DNA of 64,000 bases, from IMG/VR virus record IMGVR_UViG_3300010998_001290; one strand, 5' to 3'. The notes under the pieces were generated by a model that ran no database searches, was not told the DNA's origin, and saw only the letters and a program-made list of their open reading frames with translations. This DNA is from a virus. Its lineage: Duplodnaviria > Heunggongvirae > Uroviricota > Caudoviricetes. Position 1 is the stretch's first letter. The number at the start of each line of letters is the position of its first letter. Made by a program: the position numbers and the translations under genes. Below, piece after piece: positions 1-10,257 of this stretch.

Positions 1-1
1 G

Positions 2-463
2 GAGATAGGGTCTCATGCGTTCGCTCACACAAATCTCATAATAGTTGATGTTAAGGGGGCTAAATGCGGCGGAGGAACATTTGCTGGCTGCGAGCAACTC
101 AGAGCTCTTAAAATTTCCAAGCTATCGGCTGTTGCCTCAACAGTGATAAACAGATGTGAAATGTTTAGCCTTCTGGAAGTGAAGGACACTATAAGTCGCG
201 CTAAGGCGTTTCCTTTTGTAACGAGCAACTACACCTATAAAATCAAGTCCAAAGACGGCGAAATAGAGGTAATAGGGAATTGGAACGATTGTAAGTCATA
301 CAATATTCTTCAGAAAATAATCATAGATCCCGAATATAGTATTTACGTCGTTAAAGGCGGATATTTGGTTTGGTCTCACAGCAAAGACACCTTTATCTCG
401 CACGAAAAAGAAAGTTTGGATAAAGCTATGAAAGATATAGAATACGACAGAAAGCGCAGATGA
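2..463 (+). CDS. C-terminal part of a BspA-type LRR (LRR_5-like) paralogue; start lies upstream of the window
   Basis: Open frame from base 2 to the stop at 463. 'AFAHTNL..FAGCEQL' repeat and a C-terminal 'VVKGGYLVW' tail match the downstream paralogues. Confidence 0.6.
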   Translation, partial: EIGSHAFAHTNLIIVDVKGAKCGGGTFAGCEQLRALKISKLSAVASTVINRCEMFSLLEVKDTISRAKAFPFVTSNYTYKIKSKDGEIEVIGNWNDCKSYNILQKIIIDPEYSIYVVKGGYLVWSHSKDTFISHEKESLDKAMKDIEYDRKRR

Positions 464-523
464 TTACACCGAACAGCAGAAGGGGCTTCAAGAGAGGCTC
501 CTTTTGTTTTTATTTCCGAAATG

Positions 524-561
524 ATATACTATTGTTAAGTAAAATTTATTGACGAACGGAG
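524..561 (+). promoter_or_regulatory. promoter cassette: ATATACTA -10-like element plus downstream GACGAACGGAG box
   Basis: Follows a terminator-like T-tract and precedes gene 606. Confidence 0.55.
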
Positions 562-605
562 ACTTAAGGTGTTGAAGTTCGTATTATCGAAAGGATGTGT
601 ATATA

Positions 606-1541
606 GTGATTGTCGTAAAAGGAAATGTTGAATACATAGGAGCAGATGATGTAAAGCTCGGCGTTATTACTTTCCCAGAATGGGCAGAATATATTAGAGA
701 TGGCTGTACATTTGCCTTGACTCCGGCAGAAATGCACGAGGTCAAGTTGATAGATTTTGGCTCTGTTAAGTATATCGGTTCAAGATTCTATAACAAAAAC
801 CATCTGATGATAGGCGGCATGGATGCGCTGGAGAGAATATCGTTCTGCGAGATATTTGACAATCTCGAACGAGTTAATGCACCTGAGCTTGTGGAAATCA
901 ACGAAAATCAGTTTAAGGCGTGCAAAATGCTTGAAAGTGTGTCTATCCCAAAGGCACAGGTGATAGGACCTTGCGCTTTTGCATTATGCCCCAAGCTTAA
1001 GAATGTGACCTTTGGTAATATCCAAAGAATAATGTCAAGCGCATTTGACTCTTGCAGGTCACTCAAAACGATTGAACTTCCGGAAGACAGCGAGGTTATT
1101 ATCCAAACGCAAGCATTCGCAAGAACGGGTCTTGAAAAGGTTGATCTACATTCCTGTTCTCTGAGATCATCAGCATTTTTTGCTTGCAGTGACTTAAAAG
1201 AAGTCAAAATAGATGATTTATCTCGTGTTCCCGGAAATTCCTTTTCCTATTGCAATAATCTCAGCAGTATAACCTTACTCACGGCACCGAGAGAGTATAA
1301 CCTGCCGTACACAGGCGAATGCTGCGAATATGAGCTGCGGATTAGCGAAGATGCGTATATACTTCCGAGTGAACCTATGAAAACGGTATGTTACAACGGC
1401 ACGACGGGAGAATATGTACAGACAATACAGTTGTATAATAAAAAGGTATATGTGATGAAGGATGGCAGGTATGTAATGTCCGAACTCGGAGAAGCCTTTG
1501 AAATAAGCTTTGAACAGCTTAAAACGGAGCTCGGAGAGTAA
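606..1541 (+). CDS. BspA-type leucine-rich-repeat (LRR_5-like) protein, paralogue 1 (alternative GTG start 597)
   Basis: Repeated 'AF..C..L..V.LP' units. Conserved N-terminus (IVVKGNVEYIGADDV) and C-terminus (YVMKDGRYV). AAAGG RBS 10 nt upstream of GTG 606. Confidence 0.7.
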   Translation: MIVVKGNVEYIGADDVKLGVITFPEWAEYIRDGCTFALTPAEMHEVKLIDFGSVKYIGSRFYNKNHLMIGGMDALERISFCEIFDNLERVNAPELVEINENQFKACKMLESVSIPKAQVIGPCAFALCPKLKNVTFGNIQRIMSSAFDSCRSLKTIELPEDSEVIIQTQAFARTGLEKVDLHSCSLRSSAFFACSDLKEVKIDDLSRVPGNSFSYCNNLSSITLLTAPREYNLPYTGECCEYELRISEDAYILPSEPMKTVCYNGTTGEYVQTIQLYNKKVYVMKDGRYVMSELGEAFEISFEQLKTELGE

Positions 1542-1583
1542 TCATTCTCTTGATACCAACGAAAAATCAACACTTAAGCGGAA

Positions 1584-1611
1584 GGGGCACTCGGTTGCCC
1601 CTTTTGTTTTT
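1584..1611 (+). terminator. intrinsic terminator
   Basis: GGGGCAC-tcgg-TTGCCCC hairpin plus TTTTGTTTTT. Confidence 0.7.
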
Positions 1612-1624
1612 ATGCCCGAAATAG

Positions 1625-1660
1625 CATACTAATAATAGTATCATATCAAGATGAATGGAG
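1625..1660 (+). promoter_or_regulatory. promoter cassette: CATACTA plus GATGAATGGAG box
   Basis: Sits 14 nt after the terminator at 1584-1611, spacing 18 nt. Confidence 0.6.
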
Positions 1661-1713
1661 GTTCAGAGTGGTATTTAGTCAAAATATGAATAATATAGAA
1701 AGGTGTGTATGAA

Positions 1714-2907
1714 ATGATAATAGAAAATGGCGTTGTTATAAAAATCACAGATGCTGATGTAGCGTTTGATATGCAGCGCGAAGGATATGGAGTACTGAAC
1801 CTTCCTGATGAAGCGACAGTACTTAAGGCTGACGTTACCGGTATCTCACCGTCAATGAGGTCAAACATAAAGGAACTCAGAGGGAAAAACATTCAGTATA
1901 TAGAGGCTTTTACAGATCATTGCGGAGAAAAGTCGTCTTTGACGCCCACTTTTCCCGCTCTGGAGCTTTTCGATATGCCGAGCCTTAAAGAGATCCCAAA
2001 GGAGGCTTTTGTTCAGCATAATATGCTTAAAAAAGTAGACCTCCCAAGCGTTAAATATGTCAGGGAGATGGCTTTTGAGGATAGCAGTATCGAAACTGTC
2101 ATATTGCCTGAAGCAGTGACAATATACGAGTCTGCTTTTAACTTTTCGGATATCAGCTCTATATATGCAGATAAGGTCGAAATCATTGAAGAGCGGGCAT
2201 TTGACGAATGTAAGAAATTGGATAAGCTTCATATGCTTAATGTTCGGCTGATAGGGAAATACGCATTTCAGAATTGCAACAAACTTAGGCTTATATATTT
2301 CGCCAAAGTGACGAACATAGACGATGCTGCTTTTATGGGGTGTAAATCTCTTGAAGAAGCGAATCTTCCCTCTGTACAGTCCATTGGTGAATACGCTTTT
2401 TCTAACTGTAAAAAGTTGAGCAGGGTGCATTTAGGCGATGACCTTAAAGCTATTCAGTACATGGCATTTTACTCCTGCGCAATAACAAATCTAAAAATCG
2501 GAAAAGCTGCCATTGTAGAAGCAGAAGCTTTTGAAAACATACAGAAGGACGTGGATGTTTATTGCGATGTTCCGGAGCAAATCGATGGAGCATTCGGATT
2601 TTTCCCCAACGGGAGAAAGGTCAAAAATGTATATTTCGCGAAGAAATATACCGAAAGGCAAAAGCTTCCTTTCTTGACAAGTAACGAATGCAGTTATCTT
2701 GTATTTCCGAATAAGAGAATGAGAGCCCTTTCAGTGAATACTTCACAGGTCTTTGAGGTGGAGCAGGAGATTTCCTGTATAGACGGAAAAACCTTGTGGA
2801 TACTGCGTAACGGCTGTTATGCTGTTAAGGAGACATACGGCAAGGTGATAAAGTATTGTTCAGGCAAAGAAGAGCTTGAAAAGGCTTTGAATGCTCCGCC
2901 GTTTTGA
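1714..2907 (+). CDS. BspA-type LRR protein, paralogue 2
   Basis: 'MIIENGVVIKITDADV' N-terminus, many 'AF..C..L' repeats, C-terminal 'LWILRNGCYAV'. RBS AAAGG. Confidence 0.7.
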   Translation: MIIENGVVIKITDADVAFDMQREGYGVLNLPDEATVLKADVTGISPSMRSNIKELRGKNIQYIEAFTDHCGEKSSLTPTFPALELFDMPSLKEIPKEAFVQHNMLKKVDLPSVKYVREMAFEDSSIETVILPEAVTIYESAFNFSDISSIYADKVEIIEERAFDECKKLDKLHMLNVRLIGKYAFQNCNKLRLIYFAKVTNIDDAAFMGCKSLEEANLPSVQSIGEYAFSNCKKLSRVHLGDDLKAIQYMAFYSCAITNLKIGKAAIVEAEAFENIQKDVDVYCDVPEQIDGAFGFFPNGRKVKNVYFAKKYTERQKLPFLTSNECSYLVFPNKRMRALSVNTSQVFEVEQEISCIDGKTLWILRNGCYAVKETYGKVIKYCSGKEELEKALNAPPF

Positions 2908-2918
2908 TGGAGGTTAAT

Positions 2919-3833
2919 ATGATAATATACAATGGTTTAGTAAAAAGGATAGAAGCTCATGATTTCGTGGACAAAGAGATACGATTTCCGGACGAAGCTC
3001 GTCGTATATGCGAAGATGTTCAGATAAGCTTTGAAGTCCAGCTTTTATTTGAAACTGTAGAATACATTGATTTCAACAATATTGAGGGCATTGACAGGAA
3101 AATTGTTCTCAATAAGGTAAAGAAGATCGATGCACCTCAGCTTTATATTGTGTGGGAAGACCAATTCTCGTACTGTGAGAAGCTTATGGAAATCAATATT
3201 CCGAGAGTAGAAACGATCAAAAGGAGAGGGTTCTTTAACTGTCGCGCTTTAGAGAGCATCACGCTGTCTAATATAGCGAGGATTGATGAAGAAGCTTTCT
3301 ATTGCTGTGTTGCTCTTACAAAAGCAGAGCTTGGAGACAACATTAAGTTTGTTGGCACAAATGCTTTCAGAAATACGAATTTATCGTATATAGATCTGAA
3401 ACAGGCTGAAGAAGTAAGAACCGGTGCGTTTAAGAACTGTACTCATCTATTCCAAATCAGGGTAGCAAACCTGAATGTGCTGAAGAGTAAGGCTAATGTT
3501 CTTGAAGGATGTGAAGACCTCAGATGTATAACCTTAACTCAGGGCTCTGTCTCAGCTAAGAAGTATCCTTATACCAAAATAGGCTGTGAATACACCATTG
3601 AGAGCATAAAGGGAAACGAGCACATCAGGCTGCTATCGGGCAACAGTGCTGCCGACGTGTATCACATAAGCCAAAAGATAAGCGGGGAAAGCTTTGATGA
3701 TGAGGAATTTATGAGCGATATTTATGTTACGGACGGCGGTGATATGGTGGCTGTTAAGAAAAGTAAGACAACTGGATTTAAATATGTTTGTCGAGGAGAC
3801 ACTGCAAAAATCAGGCAGTTTTTAGAAGCGTAG
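2919..3833 (+). CDS. BspA-type LRR protein, paralogue 3
   Basis: GGAGG RBS 5 nt upstream. 'MIIYNGLVKRIEAHDF' N-terminus and LRR repeats. Confidence 0.7.
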   Translation: MIIYNGLVKRIEAHDFVDKEIRFPDEARRICEDVQISFEVQLLFETVEYIDFNNIEGIDRKIVLNKVKKIDAPQLYIVWEDQFSYCEKLMEINIPRVETIKRRGFFNCRALESITLSNIARIDEEAFYCCVALTKAELGDNIKFVGTNAFRNTNLSYIDLKQAEEVRTGAFKNCTHLFQIRVANLNVLKSKANVLEGCEDLRCITLTQGSVSAKKYPYTKIGCEYTIESIKGNEHIRLLSGNSAADVYHISQKISGESFDDEEFMSDIYVTDGGDMVAVKKSKTTGFKYVCRGDTAKIRQFLEA

Positions 3834-3842
3834 GAGGAATAT

Positions 3843-4784
3843 ATGGTCATAGATAACGGATGTGTAATCGATATAGATAAGACTGATATTATCGAAGGAG
3901 TCCTTACATTCCCAGCTGGAGCAAAGATGCTTGGGTCAAAATCTCAAATATTAGAAGTTTGCAACGAACGGGGCGAATTAACGCGATATTTGGACGGGAA
4001 AAAGTATATTTGTCGGAATTTGCAGGAAGAAAATACTGTAAAAAGATTTACCCCGTTTTTACCTGAGATAAAAGAAATAAATTTTTCTGGCATAGAGAAT
4101 ATAGCGCTCCCAATAGCGCGAATTGCTCCACGGATTCAAACAGTGCATGGAGAAAACATATTATCTATATGCGATTGTTGTTTTGAAGATTGTGAAAAAT
4201 TAAAGGCTATAGATCTTTCAAATGCAAATACGATAGGGAAATACGCTTTTGCTGGTGCAGGGCTTGAAATAGTACTTTTTGGAACATCGATAAAAAATAT
4301 AGACTTTGGTGCATTTTCTTATACAATGCTTGAATCCGTAAATATTCAAAACGCTAAAATAGCTACTCATGCATTTCGGGGCTGCGATTGCCTTCAAACG
4401 GTTTACATGAATTCAACAGATTTATGCGAAACTTGGTCTTTTTATCAATGTGAGGCAATAAATGAAATATATGTAAAAGAATACAATGTTTCGAATATAC
4501 CATATATAGATTCGGGGTATGAGTACAGCATATGTGAATGTAACGGGAATGGAACAATGCATAACATCATATGTGGAGACGATGAGGTCAGTGAAGAGAT
4601 AGTGTATGAATATGTTCAAAAAATGAAATGTCAGGGGGTTGACGGCAACTTATACATTTTGAAGGATGGAAGAATTATTCATATTTACCAGTATGAGACT
4701 TATGACGGAATTGAAAATAAGGTAAGTCCTGAGTTCAGCAGCATAGATGAGTTTAAAGATTATATGGATATGGAGGGAAGTTAA
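3843..4784 (+). CDS. BspA-type LRR protein, paralogue 4
   Basis: GGAGG RBS. 'MVIDNGCVIDIDKTDI' N-terminus, LRR repeats, C-terminal 'LYILKDGRIIHIY'. Confidence 0.7.
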   Translation: MVIDNGCVIDIDKTDIIEGVLTFPAGAKMLGSKSQILEVCNERGELTRYLDGKKYICRNLQEENTVKRFTPFLPEIKEINFSGIENIALPIARIAPRIQTVHGENILSICDCCFEDCEKLKAIDLSNANTIGKYAFAGAGLEIVLFGTSIKNIDFGAFSYTMLESVNIQNAKIATHAFRGCDCLQTVYMNSTDLCETWSFYQCEAINEIYVKEYNVSNIPYIDSGYEYSICECNGNGTMHNIICGDDEVSEEIVYEYVQKMKCQGVDGNLYILKDGRIIHIYQYETYDGIENKVSPEFSSIDEFKDYMDMEGS

Positions 4785-5731
4785 TGATTCTTTCAGGAAA
4801 AGTTTTGTACGGAATAAACGAAGATGATGTAAATGTGAAGGAAAAGACCCTTCGTATTGGCAACGGCGTTAAAGAGATGTCGGATAGGTGTAATGTCAAT
4901 ATAAGAAAAGAAATCAGGGAACAGATAAAAACCATTGACTTTAATGAACTTGTAGCAGTAGATCATTTGAGTGGATGTACTGTTCACGATGTTTTCCCGA
5001 ACGTAGAAGTCGTACTGATGCCTAAAGCAAAGACGGTATATGCTAATATGTTTGAGAAGTGTCAAAAGCTCAAGAAAGTAGACATGAAAAACGTAGAAAG
5101 AGTACACGAAGCGGCGTTTAAGGGCTGTACCAAACTACAACAAGTTCTTCTTCCTAACGTCATATTTATTGGGAAGGAAGCTTTTGCCGGTTGCGAACGA
5201 CTTGAAACTATCTCCTTAAGGAAAGAGAGAAAGGTAATCCAATACTTTGCGTTCAGCGAAACAGCTGTTGAGACTATCGATCTTGGAGATGCAAAAGTTG
5301 ATCTTGGCGCGTTTAAATGGTGTGGATATTTGCAATCGTTAAGTATAGACACTTTACGGGATTTCGACAGAAGAGCATTAGCAGAGTGTTATGCCTTCAA
5401 AGAGATTTTGGTCAGGGACAAGGAATATGCCTATATAGAAAAGGCACCATGTATAGCAAGAGGTAAGACGTATTCCCTTGTGTATGACGATGAAGAGTCT
5501 CCATTTGCGCCAGATGAAAAACATATGATATGTGGAGTCGAGAAATATGATCATGATCGCGTTTATCCCGTGTTTGAGTACATACAAGCAATAGATACAA
5601 AGTCTGTTAATTCCGGTACATTTTCCAGATTGTACGTTCTGAAAAACGGGAAATATATTGCAGTGTTCACAAACGGAAAGATAAGTCTTGTAAGCGATTC
5701 CGTATCATCGCTCGTTGAAGCAAAAGACTAA
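4784..5731 (+). CDS. BspA-type LRR protein, paralogue 5
   Basis: TAATG overlap with the previous gene. GGAGGG RBS. LRR repeats and C-terminal 'LYVLKNGKYIAVF'. Confidence 0.7.
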   Translation: MILSGKVLYGINEDDVNVKEKTLRIGNGVKEMSDRCNVNIRKEIREQIKTIDFNELVAVDHLSGCTVHDVFPNVEVVLMPKAKTVYANMFEKCQKLKKVDMKNVERVHEAAFKGCTKLQQVLLPNVIFIGKEAFAGCERLETISLRKERKVIQYFAFSETAVETIDLGDAKVDLGAFKWCGYLQSLSIDTLRDFDRRALAECYAFKEILVRDKEYAYIEKAPCIARGKTYSLVYDDEESPFAPDEKHMICGVEKYDHDRVYPVFEYIQAIDTKSVNSGTFSRLYVLKNGKYIAVFTNGKISLVSDSVSSLVEAKD

Positions 5732-5745
5732 AAATACCCAAAAGT

Positions 5746-5780
5746 AAGAGAGAGCAGCAATGCTCTCTTTTATTTTTTTG
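5746..5780 (+). terminator. intrinsic terminator
   Basis: AGAGAGC-agcaat-GCTCTCT hairpin plus a T-tract. Confidence 0.7.
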
Positions 5781-5786
5781 AAAAGA

Positions 5787-5836
5787 TGTGTACGAAAGAC
5801 AATAGTTTTTCTTTTTCCTTCTGCTTAATCATACTA
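5787..5836 (+). promoter_or_regulatory. promoter cassette: TGTGTACGAAAGACAATAGTTT upstream box, 21 nt, CATACTAATAGT
   Basis: Motif shared with four other sites. Follows the terminator at 5746-5780. Confidence 0.6.
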
Positions 5837-5867
5837 ATAGTGACACACTTAAGGAAGGGGGATAAAA

Positions 5868-6527
5868 GTGAAAATTGAAGTAAAGGAGTACCTCAGGTCA
5901 AGGTCAGAAAGCTATGAATACGCTGTGAGGCACGCCAGCAGGCTTAATCTGAACATTGCATTGGTCTTAAGTGCAGTTACAGGTGAATTTTACACACAGC
6001 ACGCTTCGTACATAGACTTGATACCGACAGAAGACATCGTTATATGTCAGTTCACCGAACACGAAGAGGCTTCCGAGGATGAAACACTTCCCGGAAAACT
6101 GCTCCTGAAAGCAGAAGGACTCATAGATACAGATGAGGTTGAGAAGAACCAGAAGAAGGGAAAGCTTATATATATGTATGAGTTTGAGCTTTATGGTTCG
6201 GGACGAATGACAGAAGCACAAACGAGTGGACTTGAAACGGTTGTAAGGTTTACCGGTCCTATCACACAGGTACAGCTTGATAACGCTTACAAAATCGCAA
6301 AAGATTATATGACTGCTCGCAAAACAAACGAAGCTGCTAAGCGTCTCATCTTCGATATTGAGGTAGTCAATCGACCGGGAAACGTCATAAAGCCGGATGA
6401 GGAGCGAGACTATTGCACTTGTCCCAATTGCGGTCATCAGCTTACAGGCAGCGAATATAGTCTGTTCGGTGAACACAACGGCAAAAACTTCTGTGAAAAC
6501 TGTGGGCAGAAGCTTGTTTGGACATAA
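5868..6527 (+). CDS. hypothetical protein with C-terminal CxxC..CxxC zinc ribbon
   Basis: GTG start after a GGAAGGGGG RBS. 'CTCPNCGHQ...CENCGQK' motif. Confidence 0.6.
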   Translation: MKIEVKEYLRSRSESYEYAVRHASRLNLNIALVLSAVTGEFYTQHASYIDLIPTEDIVICQFTEHEEASEDETLPGKLLLKAEGLIDTDEVEKNQKKGKLIYMYEFELYGSGRMTEAQTSGLETVVRFTGPITQVQLDNAYKIAKDYMTARKTNEAAKRLIFDIEVVNRPGNVIKPDEERDYCTCPNCGHQLTGSEYSLFGEHNGKNFCENCGQKLVWT

Positions 6528-6577
6528 GATTATACACATCCTTTCACTTAAGAACGAGCGTTTTCCTTCTGAACAAT

Positions 6578-6584
6578 CATACTA
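6578..6584 (+). promoter_or_regulatory. CATACTA -10-like promoter element
   Basis: 'caATCATACTAaatat' between genes. Confidence 0.45.
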
Positions 6585-6614
6585 AATATGACGGTTCTGA
6601 AGGAGGTGAGAAAG

Positions 6615-6989
6615 ATGCACGATTTATGTCACGAACTGGATCTGATATGCAAACACATCCCTTATATAAAGGGAGAAAACGAGAAGCATGAGAAAGCTAT
6701 AGTATTTAAGGTAGGAAAGATGATCGGCAAGGTCGAATTCTTGGAATCCGACTATGTCGAAGAAGCGTATGACAGACTTAAGGTGTCAATAATACACCCC
6801 GAAGTCGGGACTATTGACCATATTGAAATCGAATTCAGGTATATTCTTGACAGCGAATGTTACCTGAAAATTGATGAATTATCGGCTGACTGGCATACCA
6901 GTAGGAAGATTTGCAGAGAGTTATCGGAAGACGACTACAAGCTTATCGCCGAGGTTGCCTTGTCATATCTGAAGGAATTTGACTATTGA
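6615..6989 (+). CDS. hypothetical protein
   Basis: GAAGGAGG RBS 7 nt upstream. The track start at 6588 lies inside the promoter element. Confidence 0.6.
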   Translation: MHDLCHELDLICKHIPYIKGENEKHEKAIVFKVGKMIGKVEFLESDYVEEAYDRLKVSIIHPEVGTIDHIEIEFRYILDSECYLKIDELSADWHTSRKICRELSEDDYKLIAEVALSYLKEFDY

Positions 6990-7004
6990 TAATCAGGAGG
7001 AATA

Positions 7005-8753
7005 ATGATGATTAAGGAACTGTTAAAGAAGTATTCGTACGATGATGTATGCGCATCTATAATAAGGTATGTGTACCGAAATATGGAATGTGCGCCTAAT
7101 GCAAGCTCTGACTTTATGGCGGAACTCAAGAAGGGCAAGGATGAGATCGTAGAGTACTTCGAGGAGGAAAAGGTAGACCAGAGCATCCAGAATGTTCTGT
7201 CTATGTTTGAAGAGGTCGCCAGCGAGAGAAGCAGGGGTGTCGTATACACACCTTTCAAGGTTTCCAAGCTCATGTTTGATAAGATAGAGGACTATAATAC
7301 CGGCATCAAGTTTATGGATCCCTCCTGCGGCAGCGGCGCAATACTCGTTAATCTGGTGGATTATATCCATAACAAGTTTATGATTTCGCCTATCGACATC
7401 ATCAACAACAGCATTTACGGCATGGACAATGACTATTTCAGCACTAAGCATTGCAAGTTTCTTCTTGAACTGCTTTGCCTCAAGCTCGGATATCACGCTG
7501 ATGGGCTCAAGATGCACATAGTCAATAACAACAGTATGCTCGTTGATTGGGATACCCTCGGCGTAAGAAAGTTTGACTACATCTTCGGCAATCCGCCTTA
7601 TATCGCTTTAAGGGATATGGATAAGGAAGAGCGCGAGCAGTATGAGAAGCAGTATGAAGTCGCTAAGGGAACATACAATATGGCGCATCTGTTCCTTGAA
7701 AAGGCTATAAAATATGTTAAGCCTAACGGCACTATATCATTCCTTGTCATCAATAATCTTTTCACACACATCTCATCGAAACCGGTAAGAGAACTCATAA
7801 TGCGCACAGGCTATCTTCACGAGGTTATTGAGTTCAATAAGATAAGGTTGTTTGAGAATGCCGAGGTGCTTACCACGCTTATCACATTAAAGGCTGCGTC
7901 GCATACCAAATTCGGCTATGCGAGACCTGAAGCTCTTAATAAGATAGTTCTTGTACAGCTTCCGCTGTCGGAACTTAAGGCTGAAGAATGGGTGTTTGCG
8001 AACGCAAAACAGAAGGAATACCTTGAGCATATCAGGTCTTTTGATACTAAGCTTAAGCCCTATATGAGCGGTTGTATAGCAACTCTTGCCGATAAGGTGT
8101 TCATTCTTGACGATGACGGAAAGACAAGAAGCAACCCCAAGAGACAGAGAGCCATAAAAATCGAGGATGGTATAATCAAGGAAATGTATCGTCCTCGCAA
8201 TATGGAAGGTGAAAAGGCTAAGAAGCTGAAGGTACTGTTTCCGTATGACGAAGACTTTAACACGCTGAGTCTCGATGATATTAAAGAAAGGTTCCCTAAG
8301 GCTTATCAGTATCTTAAAAACAACGAGGAAAAGCTGAAGCAGAGAAGCTGGCAGGATCAGTGGTACGCGTTCGGCAGAAGACAGGGGCTTGCAGTGGAGC
8401 ATAAGGCTGTTCTATTCGGCTGCTATTCCAGAAAGCCGAGATTTATCGTTCCTGATGACGATACGGCACTTCTTCTTAGCGGCGCGTACATAAGCAGCAA
8501 CATACCGGTGAAGCCTGATGTGCTTGCGGTTATCCTGAATTCCGATGTAATGGCGTGGTATATTAAGAAGGTATCGTTCCCCATTTACGGAGACTATTAC
8601 TACTACGGCAAGAAGGTCGTGGGCGACTTCTCGATACCTCCGCTTACCGAGGAAGAGGAAAAGGCGCTGCTTTCTATGACGAAGAGCGAGGTTAACGAAT
8701 TCCTTATCAAGAAGTACGATATAGAGGGTATCGAACTCGAAGAAACGGCATAA
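7005..8753 (+). CDS. N6-adenine DNA methyltransferase (gamma-class, Eco57I/TaqI-like), orphan
   Basis: Motif I '[13 protein letters not shown]' and motif IV 'IFGNPPY'. AGGAGG RBS. 582 aa with a C-terminal target-recognition-like region and no nuclease domain. Confidence 0.85.
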   Translation: MMIKELLKKYSYDDVCASIIRYVYRNMECAPNASSDFMAELKKGKDEIVEYFEEEKVDQSIQNVLSMFEEVASERSRGVVYTPFKVSKLMFDKIEDYNTGIKFMDPSCGSGAILVNLVDYIHNKFMISPIDIINNSIYGMDNDYFSTKHCKFLLELLCLKLGYHADGLKMHIVNNNSMLVDWDTLGVRKFDYIFGNPPYIALRDMDKEEREQYEKQYEVAKGTYNMAHLFLEKAIKYVKPNGTISFLVINNLFTHISSKPVRELIMRTGYLHEVIEFNKIRLFENAEVLTTLITLKAASHTKFGYARPEALNKIVLVQLPLSELKAEEWVFANAKQKEYLEHIRSFDTKLKPYMSGCIATLADKVFILDDDGKTRSNPKRQRAIKIEDGIIKEMYRPRNMEGEKAKKLKVLFPYDEDFNTLSLDDIKERFPKAYQYLKNNEEKLKQRSWQDQWYAFGRRQGLAVEHKAVLFGCYSRKPRFIVPDDDTALLLSGAYISSNIPVKPDVLAVILNSDVMAWYIKKVSFPIYGDYYYYGKKVVGDFSIPPLTEEEEKALLSMTKSEVNEFLIKKYDIEGIELEETA

Positions 8754-8763
8754 GGAGGCTTTT

Positions 8764-9207
8764 ATGAGTACGGTATATATATACAGTGACGGCGCATGTT
8801 CGGGCAACCCCGGTCCCGGAGGATACGGGGTTCTGCTCCGGCAGAAAGACAAGGAACTTGAGCTTTCAGGCGGCGAACCGGAGACAACCAATAACAGGAT
8901 GGAGCTTATGGGCGTTATTACGGGGCTTGAAGCTCTCAAAAAGCCCTGCAAGGTAATCGTCCAGACTGACTCTAAGTATGTTGTTGACGGCATAATGAAG
9001 GGCTGGGCTAAGTCTTGGAAGAAGAATGGCTGGGTTAAAGGCGATAAGAAGCCTGCGCTCAACGCAGATCTATGGGACAGACTCCTAAACCTGCTTGAAA
9101 AACACGAGGTAGAGTTTAACTGGATCAAAGGTCATGCAGGGCATCCTGAGAACGAAAGATGTGACAAACTGGCTGTAGCGGCACGCAAGAAATATGTACA
9201 CAAGTAA
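8764..9207 (+). CDS. rnhA: ribonuclease HI
   Basis: '[14 protein letters not shown]', 'TNNRMEL', 'QTDSKYV', 'WKKNGW', '[14 protein letters not shown]' are the canonical RNase H catalytic motifs. AAGGAGG RBS. Confidence 0.9.
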   Translation: MSTVYIYSDGACSGNPGPGGYGVLLRQKDKELELSGGEPETTNNRMELMGVITGLEALKKPCKVIVQTDSKYVVDGIMKGWAKSWKKNGWVKGDKKPALNADLWDRLLNLLEKHEVEFNWIKGHAGHPENERCDKLAVAARKKYVHK

Positions 9208-9222
9208 GAGGAGGAAATACAT

Positions 9223-9942
9223 ATGAATGTAAAGCAGCTTATTGACAAATGTGACGTCACCCTTCTTACCGACCAGTATCTCAATATGAACCCTGTTCCT
9301 ATTGCGGAGAGGGAAGATGAGGCGAGAGCGTTCTTAGATTTCCTGACAAGGCTTAAGGAAATAAAACCGTCTGTATCTGAGAACTACATACTTGTGTATA
9401 AGGGTTATGACGGAGATAAAGAGTTCCTGAACGCCGCTATGTTCGAGGCATCCGACATTCGAGAAAAAGTACATGATGTGTACGAATTCGATAAGCTTTT
9501 ATTCCCTGAAGACCTTTCGGATGAAGGATTTGAGGGCTTAAGAGAAATATGTAACGACTTTTTACATAATAACTATGCCATTGACTTCATCGAATGGGAT
9601 AGAGTTCTCGGCTTCAATACTGACGAAGACAACATAAAGGAGTTCGGAGCTGAAGCTGTTGCAGTAGCTATCCTCACCGAAATGACCTTTGTTTCGTTCT
9701 ACGAAGAGGATATAAAAGCCAAAAGACAGGAGATCGATGATGCTTTATCGGAGGTCGAAGAGCTTTGTGCGTCATCTTTAGAAGAAAGTAAGCTCAAAGA
9801 ACATGATCTTTTCGAGTTTAAGGACAATCGGACAGAGGAAGAAAAAGAAGTTGACAGGAAAAAGGCGCTTAAGGAGTATGTTCTTACGACGATAAGTATG
9901 TATAAGGCGTTGAAGCCTGTACATAAAAGGCTTAACGGCTGA
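9223..9942 (+). CDS. hypothetical acidic protein
   Basis: GAGGAGG RBS. Continuous ORF with codon usage like its neighbours. Confidence 0.6.
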   Translation: MNVKQLIDKCDVTLLTDQYLNMNPVPIAEREDEARAFLDFLTRLKEIKPSVSENYILVYKGYDGDKEFLNAAMFEASDIREKVHDVYEFDKLLFPEDLSDEGFEGLREICNDFLHNNYAIDFIEWDRVLGFNTDEDNIKEFGAEAVAVAILTEMTFVSFYEEDIKAKRQEIDDALSEVEELCASSLEESKLKEHDLFEFKDNRTEEEKEVDRKKALKEYVLTTISMYKALKPVHKRLNG

Positions 9943-9993
9943 TATATCAGATAGCAGCCCAATGTCATTAAGTTAAGAAAAGGGGGATAAAAT

Positions 9994-10257
9994 ATGAAAA
10001 TATCAGAAGCAAAAGAGATAATAACAAGCCTTAAAAAATTATCGGTAAATTTAGAGAAATTACGCGCTTTATCAACAGGCAATATGGGGTCAATGGTAGG
10101 CGAAGTTAAGGCTCGTGAATGGTGCAAGAACATAGAAAGTATGGCAGATATATATAATACTCCACTCCCGCTTGTTTTTCAAGAAGCCAAAAATGTCGTT
10201 GATAATGAAATCAATAGACTGAATGATTTGATTGATAACACGGACATAAATCCTTAG
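9994..10257 (+). CDS. hypothetical small protein, flanked by 18-bp inverted repeats
   Basis: AAGGGGGA RBS. The stop codon lies inside the right inverted repeat. Confidence 0.55.
   Translation: MKISEAKEIITSLKKLSVNLEKLRALSTGNMGSMVGEVKAREWCKNIESMADIYNTPLPLVFQEAKNVVDNEINRLNDLIDNTDINP

Noticed and set aside
143-463. ORF 143..463 as an independent 106-aa gene
   Set aside because: The reading frame stays open to base 2, and the sequence matches the C-terminal region of the LRR paralogues. It is the tail of a gene that starts upstream of the window.
551-561. Reading the TTGACGAA of the downstream box as a sigma-70 -35 hexamer
   Set aside because: Only some copies have a TT in front. No TATAAT-like -10 follows at 16-18 nt in any copy. 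The CATACTA element aligns with the -10 of the one canonical promoter at 25841.
6588-6614. ATG 6588 as the start of the 6588..6989 ORF
   Set aside because: That ATG lies inside the promoter element (CATACTAAATATGACGG). A GAAGGAGG RBS is correctly spaced for ATG 6615.
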